Of a DNA stretch of 64,000 nucleotides, positions 58,309 to 64,000 are shown piece by piece; the stretch's first letter is position 1, and each line of letters opens with the position of its first letter. The notes under the pieces were generated by a model, which worked only from the letters and a program-made list of their open reading frames with translations, had not been told where the DNA came from and did not search any database. A program made the position numbers and the translations under genes. Where the stretch lies: contig CAXBDI010000004.1 of assembly GCA_963974445.1 (NCBI GenBank), positions 1,068-65,067 of the forward strand. The letters are read 5' to 3'. This stretch comes from an uncultured Alphaproteobacteria bacterium. Lineage in GTDB: Bacteria > Pseudomonadota > Alphaproteobacteria > Bin95.

Positions 58309-58500
58309 CTAGTTCAGCAGGTCTTCTTCGCTCTCATAAAGCGCGATGAAGTGCGGCAGATGGATGGCATCGATTTGGGTGTAGCGACCGGTCTTGGCAT
58401 CGCGGTAGTAGAGATCGCCGAGTACGTCGTCGTCCTCATAGTCCTCGTCGTCTTCGTCCAGCCAATCGAAATCGATATCCGCTACGACGGGTGGGGTCAT
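58309..58500 (-). CDS. Small acidic hypothetical protein (63 aa) between leuC and leuD.
   Basis: [32 protein letters not shown]…. Its ATG overlaps the leuC stop (ATGA), suggesting translational coupling. No known domain. Confidence 0.5.
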   Translation of the reverse strand: MTPPVVADIDFDWLDEDDEDYEDDDVLGDLYYRDAKTGRYTQIDAIHLPHFIALYESEEDLLN

Positions 58501-59921
58501 GAGAGAAATTCCCTTACGTCTGCCAAGTGGCCGGTGATGGCCGCCGCCGCCGCCATGGCGGGGCTAACCAGGTGGGTGCGTCCGCCAGGGCCTTGCCGGC
58601 CCTCGAAGTTGCGGTTCGAGGTGGAGGCCGAGCGTTCGCCCGGCCGCAGTTTGTCGTCATTCATCGCCAGGCACATAGAGCAGCCGGGCTCCCGCCATTC
58701 GAAGCCGGCCTCGACCAGGATTTTGTCCAGCCCTTCCTGCTCCGCCTGCTCTTTGACCAAGCCGGAGCCGGGCACGATCAGCGCGCGCACGCTGTCGGCC
58801 ACCTTGCGACCCTTGGCGATAGCGGCAACGGCGCGGATGTCCTCGATCCGGCCATTGGTGCAGGAGCCGACGAAGACGGTATCCACCTTCACATCGGTCA
58901 ACTTCTGGCCGGCCTGCAAGCCCATGTACTCAATGGAGCGTTGCAGGGCATTGCGGCGGTCCTCGTCGGCGATGGCAGACGGGTCCGGCACCGATTCGGT
59001 GATTGGCAGAGCATCCTCCGGGCTGGTGCCCCAGGTGACGTAAGGAATGATCTCAGCAGCATCGAGTACAACCTCTTTATCGTACTTCGCGCCTTGGTCG
59101 GAGGGCAGCGTTTTCCAATAGCTGACCGCCGCATCCCAGGCAGCGCCCTTCGGCGCATAGGGGCGGCCCTTCAAGTACTCGAAAGTGGTCTCGTCCGGGG
59201 CGATCATGCCGGCGCGGGCACCGGCCTCGATGGACATGTTGCAGACCGTCATCCGGCCTTCCATCGACAGGTCGCGGATGGCCTCGCCAGCGAACTCGAT
59301 CACGTGGCCCGTGCCACCGGCGGTGCCAATTTTGCCGATGATTGCCAGGATAAGGTCCTTGGCGGTCGTGCCGGCGGGCGGCTTGCCGTTGACGGTGACG
59401 CGCATGTTCTTCGCCGGACGCTGGATAAGCGTCTGGGTCGCCATGACGTGCTCCACCTCGGACGTGCCGATACCGAACGCCAAGCCGCCGAAGGCGCCAT
59501 GCGTCGCCGTGTGGCTGTCGCCGCAGACAACGGTCATGCCGGGCTGAGTCAGGCCCTGCTCTGGCCCGATGATATGGACGATGCCCTGGCGGATATCGTT
59601 GATTGCGAAGTAAGGGACGCCGAACTCTTTGACGTTCTTCTCCAGCGTCTCGACTTGAATGCGCGACTCATCGTTCTCAATACGACCGCCGCGATTGACG
59701 GTCGGCACGTTGTGGTCGGCCACGGCCAGGGTCTTGTCCGGACGGCGCAGCTTGCGGCCAGCAGCGCGCAGACCCTCGAAAGCCTGCGGGCTGGTCACTT
59801 CGTGCACCAGATGCAGATCGATGTAGATCAGGCAGGTGCCGTCTTCTTGGGTCGCGACCAGGTGGTTTTGCCAAATCTTGTCGAACAGGGTGCGCGGGGA
59901 CGCCATCGCCATCTTCTCCAT
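58497..59921 (-). CDS. leuC: 3-isopropylmalate dehydratase large subunit.
   Basis: Aconitase-family Fe-S ligands (…VCGDSHT…, …GSCTNGR…, …[10 protein letters not shown]…). Confidence 0.9.
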   Translation of the reverse strand: MEKMAMASPRTLFDKIWQNHLVATQEDGTCLIYIDLHLVHEVTSPQAFEGLRAAGRKLRRPDKTLAVADHNVPTVNRGGRIENDESRIQVETLEKNVKEFGVPYFAINDIRQGIVHIIGPEQGLTQPGMTVVCGDSHTATHGAFGGLAFGIGTSEVEHVMATQTLIQRPAKNMRVTVNGKPPAGTTAKDLILAIIGKIGTAGGTGHVIEFAGEAIRDLSMEGRMTVCNMSIEAGARAGMIAPDETTFEYLKGRPYAPKGAAWDAAVSYWKTLPSDQGAKYDKEVVLDAAEIIPYVTWGTSPEDALPITESVPDPSAIADEDRRNALQRSIEYMGLQAGQKLTDVKVDTVFVGSCTNGRIEDIRAVAAIAKGRKVADSVRALIVPGSGLVKEQAEQEGLDKILVEAGFEWREPGCSMCLAMNDDKLRPGERSASTSNRNFEGRQGPGGRTHLVSPAMAAAAAITGHLADVREFLS

Positions 59922-60038
59922 TCAAGGCTACACATAGCCGCCAAAGGTCAGGAGCCTAGCCTTAGAGGCGCCCGACGTTACAAGCAAGTTTACCTGCCGA
60001 ACAAGGCCAATCTTGAGCGGCAGTCCGGCGAGGCCGGT

Positions 60039-60473
60039 TTAGTCGGCAGCGCCACCCTCGGCTTCGGCCTGGGCAGCACGCGCTGCGGCTTTTTCCGCCA
60101 TCGCATTGCGCGACGCGCGGCTGCGCTCGGCAATACGCGCCGACTTCCCGCGACGCTCACGCAGATAGTAGAGTTTCGCCCGGCGCACCCGGCCCTGGCG
60201 CACCACATCGATGGACTCGATATTCGGCGAATACAGCGGGAACACGCGCTCCACACCCTCACCGGACGAGATCTTGCGCACGGTGAAGGAGGAGCTGATG
60301 CCGGCGCTCTTGCGTCCAATACAGACGCCCTCATAGGCCTGCACGCGCTCGCGCGTGCCCTCGACGACCTTGTAGTTGACCCGGACGGTGTCGCCCGGGC
60401 GAAACTCTGGAACCGGGCGCTCCGACGTCAGTTTCTTGATATTGGCAGCGTCGATTTGCTGAATAATGTTCAT
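60039..60473 (-). CDS. rplS: 50S ribosomal protein L19 with a short Ala/Glu-rich C-terminal tail.
   Basis: [52 protein letters not shown]… The track ORF's 122-aa N-terminal extension is spurious. Confidence 0.9.
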   Translation of the reverse strand: MNIIQQIDAANIKKLTSERPVPEFRPGDTVRVNYKVVEGTRERVQAYEGVCIGRKSAGISSSFTVRKISSGEGVERVFPLYSPNIESIDVVRQGRVRRAKLYYLRERRGKSARIAERSRASRNAMAEKAAARAAQAEAEGGAAD

Positions 60474-60498
60474 GATAATAGGACCTATCTTTCTCGAG

Positions 60499-61203
60499 TT
60501 AACCGGTGGCCGCCGCAGCACCGCCGTAGGCCGACCACAGGTCGGGCCGACGCGCTTTGGTGATGGCTTCAGCCTGGGCCAGCCGCCAGCGGGCGATGGC
60601 CGCGTGATTGCCGGAGAGCAGTACATCCGGCACGTGCCGGCCGTTCCACTCTGCGGGCCGTGTGTAATGCGGGTACTCCAGGAGCCCGCGCTCAAAACTT
60701 TCCTCTGCCAGCGATTTCGGCGCACCCAGAACACCTGGCAGCAACCGCACGCAGGCATCCAGCATGGCCAGCGCCGCGACCTCACCGCCGGAAAGGACGA
60801 AATCGCCGAGGCTGATCTCCTCCAACTCCCGCGCCTCAATCAGCCGCTGGTCGATCCCTTCATAGCGGCCACAGAGCAACGTGACCGCAGGCTCCGCCGC
60901 CAATTCCTTGGCCCGTGCCTGAGTGAGTGGCGCACCGCGCGGGCTGAGGTAGATTACCGGCCCCCGCTTGTCCGCCGCTTCCTCCAGCGCGCGATCCAGC
61001 ACGTCGGCCCGCATCACCATGCCGGCGCCGCCGCCGAACGGCGTGTCGTCGACACTTGCATGCTTGTCCATAGCAAAGCCGCGAATATCGACCGCGTCCA
61101 ATGCCCAATCGCCGCGCGCCAACGCCTTGCCCGCCAACGAGTGGCCAAGCGGTCCCGGAAACATCTCCGGGAATAAGGTGAGGACGACGGCGCGCCAGAT
61201 CAT
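60499..61203 (-). CDS. trmD: tRNA (guanine37-N1)-methyltransferase.
   Basis: SPOUT knot motifs (…[13 protein letters not shown]…, …[20 protein letters not shown]…). Confidence 0.9.
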   Translation of the reverse strand: MIWRAVVLTLFPEMFPGPLGHSLAGKALARGDWALDAVDIRGFAMDKHASVDDTPFGGGAGMVMRADVLDRALEEAADKRGPVIYLSPRGAPLTQARAKELAAEPAVTLLCGRYEGIDQRLIEARELEEISLGDFVLSGGEVAALAMLDACVRLLPGVLGAPKSLAEESFERGLLEYPHYTRPAEWNGRHVPDVLLSGNHAAIARWRLAQAEAITKARRPDLWSAYGGAAAATG

Positions 61204-61799
61204 GATACGTCGCCTTCACTCGAATCCGCCGCGGGGTCGTCCAACAAGCCCGGTGGCGGCTCCACCACCAGCCTGCCGCTGGCAATATCCACCTCCGGCA
61301 CAATGGCCAGGGTGAACGGCACCAGCAAAGTCTTGCCGTCAGCGGTCCCGGTCAGCTCCAGCGTGTCGCCTGCGCCGAAGTCGTAGACCGCCTGCACCGT
61401 GCCAAGCCGGGTGCCATCGCGCAGAGCCGCATCGAGGCCGATCAGATCGGCATGATAGTACTCGTCCGCATCATCGGTCGGCGGCAAAGCAGAGCGTTCG
61501 ACATAGAGCCGAGTGCCGCGCATCGCCTCCGCCTGGTTGCGGTCGGCGACCCCTTCGATCCGGGCGAGCAGCATCGCCTTTTGCTGGCCGATCAGGTCCA
61601 CCGCAAACTGGTGATGGCCATCGGCGTCGGTCAGCGGGCCGTAGGCGACGCAGTCCTCCGGCACGGCGGTGAAGGGCTTCAGACGCACCACGCCTCTCAC
61701 CCCATGCGCACCGGCGACCGCCGCGACGCAGATACGCGCCGCCGGTTCCGCTGCCGTTTTGCTGTGGGGAGAAACCCGTTGTTCCGTCATTGCCAACAC
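61200..61799 (-). CDS. rimM: Ribosome maturation factor RimM.
   Basis: …[16 protein letters not shown]… N-domain and a PRC-barrel C-domain. In the rpsP-rimM-trmD-rplS context. Confidence 0.85.
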   Translation of the reverse strand: MLAMTEQRVSPHSKTAAEPAARICVAAVAGAHGVRGVVRLKPFTAVPEDCVAYGPLTDADGHHQFAVDLIGQQKAMLLARIEGVADRNQAEAMRGTRLYVERSALPPTDDADEYYHADLIGLDAALRDGTRLGTVQAVYDFGAGDTLELTGTADGKTLLVPFTLAIVPEVDIASGRLVVEPPPGLLDDPAADSSEGDVS

Positions 61800-61843
61800 C
61801 GTGACCGGGACCTTGTCTTGAGCCTGCCTGTCAGGAGAGCCAA

Positions 61844-62311
61844 CTACTCAGCCGAAGCTTTTTCGTCAGCCGCTGCATCGCCTTCGGCGGGGGCCGCATC
61901 GCCTTCGGCCGGGGCTGCATCCTCAACCGGAGCAGGTTCCTCAGCCGCAGCGGCCGCCGCATCCTCGGCGTCCTTGCGGCGCGCCTCGATCTCGCGCTGA
62001 CGCTCCTGCGCCTTCGCCTTCGGCTTGTCCTTCTTGGTCTGTGCCGGGATCGCCCGTGCCGGCATCATCTCCGCAGCAGCCAGGAAACGGGCGACACGGT
62101 CGGTCGGCTGCGCGCCATGGTCGAGCCAATGCTGGATGCGGTCCTTGGACAGGCGCACCCGGTCCTCATGCTCCTTGGGCAGCATCGGGTTGTAGGTGCC
62201 GACGCGCTCGATAAAGTTACCATCGCGAGGCGCGGTGATCTCCGTCACGACAATGCGGTAATACGGGCGCTTTTTCGAGCCGCCGCGGGATAGGCGCAGT
62301 CTTAAAGACAT
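61844..62311 (-). CDS. rpsP: 30S ribosomal protein S16 with a lysine/alanine/glutamate-rich C-terminal extension.
   Basis: [22 protein letters not shown]…GTYNP…. The C-terminus has low-complexity repeats ([16 protein letters not shown]). Confidence 0.9.
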   Translation of the reverse strand: MSLRLRLSRGGSKKRPYYRIVVTEITAPRDGNFIERVGTYNPMLPKEHEDRVRLSKDRIQHWLDHGAQPTDRVARFLAAAEMMPARAIPAQTKKDKPKAKAQERQREIEARRKDAEDAAAAAAEEPAPVEDAAPAEGDAAPAEGDAAADEKASAE

Positions 62312-62371
62312 TCGGAAACTCTCTCCTTAGGATATCTCAAACTTGGTGTCAGTGTTTCGAAGCGGTCAGGC

Positions 62372-63763
62372 TTAGCGCCCAAAGCGGGGCATACCGCCCC
62401 CCATCGGCGGCATGCCGCCACCGCCGCCCATTCCGCCCAGAAGCCCGGCCAGCCCTTTGCCGCCGCTCTTCTTCATCTTCTTCATCACGTCTTGCATTTG
62501 CGCATGCTGTTTCAGCAGCTTGTTGACCTGCTGCACATCCAATCCGCAGCCCGCCGCGATCCGGCGCTTGCGGCTCGCCTTGATGATCTCCGGCCTGCGC
62601 CGTTCCTGCGGCGTCATCGACAGGATGATCGCCTCCTGATGAGCCAGCAGCTTTTCGTTGACGTTCGCGTCGGCCATCGCCTGCTTCATCTTGCCCATTT
62701 GCGGCAACATGCCCATCAGCCCGCCGAGGCCGCCCATGCGCTTCATCTGCCGCAATTGGCCGAGCAGATCATCCAGGTCGAAGCGGCCCTTCTGCACCTT
62801 GGCCGCCAGCTTCTCCGCCTCGGCCTGCTCGATGGTTTCGGTCGCGCGCTCCACCAGGCTGACGACATCACCCATGCCCAGAATGCGGCCGGCGATGCGG
62901 TCCGGATGGAACACGTCGAGCGCGTCCAGCTTCTCGCCGACGCCCAGGAACTTGATCGGCTGACCGGTGACAGCCCGCATCGACAGCGCCGCACCGCCGC
63001 GCGCATCGCCATCGACCCGGGTCAGCACGATGCCGGTGACGCCCAAACGCTTGTGGAAGGTGTCGGCGATTTGCACTGCGTCCTGGCCGGTCATGGCGTC
63101 GGCGACCAGCAGCACCTCGTTCGGCTGCACCACCTCGCGCACCGCGGCGGCTTCCTGCATCATCGCCTCGTCGATGGTCAGACGGCCGGCGGTATCGACC
63201 ATGAGCACGTCATAGCCGCCCTTTTTCGCGCTTGCGACCGCGCGCTTGGCAATCGCAACCGGCATCTCACCGAAGATCGGCGGCACCACATCCAGACCGG
63301 CGCGCTCACCCAATTGCTGCAATTGCTGGATCGCCGCCGGGCGGTGCACGTCGACCGAGACCAGCAGCACCTTCTTCTTCTCGCGGTCCTTCAGGCGCAG
63401 GCCGAGCTTACCGGTCGTAGTAGTCTTACCGGAGCCCTGAAGGCCGACCATCATGATGATTTGCGGGGGGTTGCCGCGCAGGTTGAGCTCTGCGGGCTCC
63501 TTGCCCAGCATCTCGACCAACTGGTCGTTGACGATTTTGACGATCTGTTGGCCCGGCGAGACCGCGCGCAACACCTCGACCCCGATGGCCGCAGCGGTGG
63601 CCTTGTCGATGAATTGTTTGACGACTGGCAGCGCAACGTCCGCCTCCAGCAGTGCCGTGCGGATCTCGCGCATCGCGGCCTTGACGTCGGATTCCGAGAG
63701 CGCGCCGCGCTTGCGCAAGCGGTCAAAGACATCGCCGAGGCGGCCTGTTAAGCTCTCAAACAT
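62372..63763 (-). CDS. ffh: Signal recognition particle protein Ffh.
   Basis: N domain, SRP-GTPase G domain (GLQGSGKTTT, DTAGR, TRVDGD) and a Met-rich M domain ending in a Gly/Met-rich tail. Confidence 0.9.
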   Translation of the reverse strand: MFESLTGRLGDVFDRLRKRGALSESDVKAAMREIRTALLEADVALPVVKQFIDKATAAAIGVEVLRAVSPGQQIVKIVNDQLVEMLGKEPAELNLRGNPPQIIMMVGLQGSGKTTTTGKLGLRLKDREKKKVLLVSVDVHRPAAIQQLQQLGERAGLDVVPPIFGEMPVAIAKRAVASAKKGGYDVLMVDTAGRLTIDEAMMQEAAAVREVVQPNEVLLVADAMTGQDAVQIADTFHKRLGVTGIVLTRVDGDARGGAALSMRAVTGQPIKFLGVGEKLDALDVFHPDRIAGRILGMGDVVSLVERATETIEQAEAEKLAAKVQKGRFDLDDLLGQLRQMKRMGGLGGLMGMLPQMGKMKQAMADANVNEKLLAHQEAIILSMTPQERRRPEIIKASRKRRIAAGCGLDVQQVNKLLKQHAQMQDVMKKMKKSGGKGLAGLLGGMGGGGGMPPMGGGMPRFGR

Positions 63764-64000
63764 CGCAAGCTCTCAATACCGGGTTCATGATTGCAAACTG
63801 GCGCTTCGTTGAAACAACCGCCAACACTAATCGCGCCAGCGCGCGAACCTTCGCGGACTAGCGTGATCTATAGATCCAGATCATGGGCCAGACTGCCTGG
63901 CGCGTCAAGAATTTTCCGCCCTGCTGTCGACGACAGACGGTATGTCCGGTTTCAGTAGCACATGAGTTGTCCGGTTTCATCATAGGTCCGAAGGAGGACC

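Noticed and set aside
60039-60839. 266-aa ORF for rplS; similarly extended ORFs for IalB (to 31385), the quinone oxidoreductase (from 31012), the 2-hydroxyacid dehydrogenase (from 15516), folE (to 17416) and the SDR gene (to 19848).
   Set aside because: The conserved proteins begin at internal Met codons with plausible Shine-Dalgarno sequences. The upstream extensions overlap neighbouring genes or are low-complexity.
60039-62311. Ala/Glu/Lys-rich C-terminal tails on L19 and S16 as a possible novelty.
   Set aside because: Low-complexity C-terminal extensions on these ribosomal proteins are common in alphaproteobacteria. Not unusual.

Overview
This is a 64-kb, high-GC (about 65%) chromosomal segment, apart from a lower-GC first ~860 bp. 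The gene content and synteny look like an alphaproteobacterium, with Rhizobiales or Rhodospirillales as a tentative guess.

Most of the window is core genome. It holds a contiguous nine-gene ccmABCDEFGHI cytochrome-c maturation operon, radA-cvpA-purF, dnaB-alr, ffh-rpsP-rimM-trmD-rplS and leuC/leuD. There are two minus-strand tRNA genes: tRNA-Ala(CGC) at 11927-12002 and tRNA-Asn(GUU) at 53079-53153.

Four parts are not ordinary:
1. 5.4-11.8 kb, minus strand: an apparent operon of a nitrilase-superfamily C-N hydrolase, an unusually long 920-aa Orn/Lys/Arg-family PLP decarboxylase, a Ddl-like ATP-grasp ligase, a C45 Ntn-hydrolase/acyltransferase and an MscS channel. Beside it sit gabT, a PuuR-like (XRE plus cupin) regulator and a TAXI-TRAP binding protein. 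I propose this as an undescribed amine (polyamine-like) conjugation or catabolic module. It lies on the 3' side of tRNA-Ala.
2. 32.3-34.9 kb: folK, a divergent DHPS homologue and a SAM methyltransferase, a non-canonical pterin module, with folE about 15 kb away.
3. 34941-35470: three tandem copies of a ~170-180-bp palindromic repeat.
4. 47.4-52.9 kb: an insertion-sequence graveyard 3' of tRNA-Asn, bracketed by 86-bp direct repeats. It holds a partial IS66, IS21 and IS5 remnants, an unclassified transposase fragment and a trapped Zn-dependent alcohol dehydrogenase.

Many long alternative-frame ORFs in the supplied track are GC-frame artefacts and are not reported as genes.
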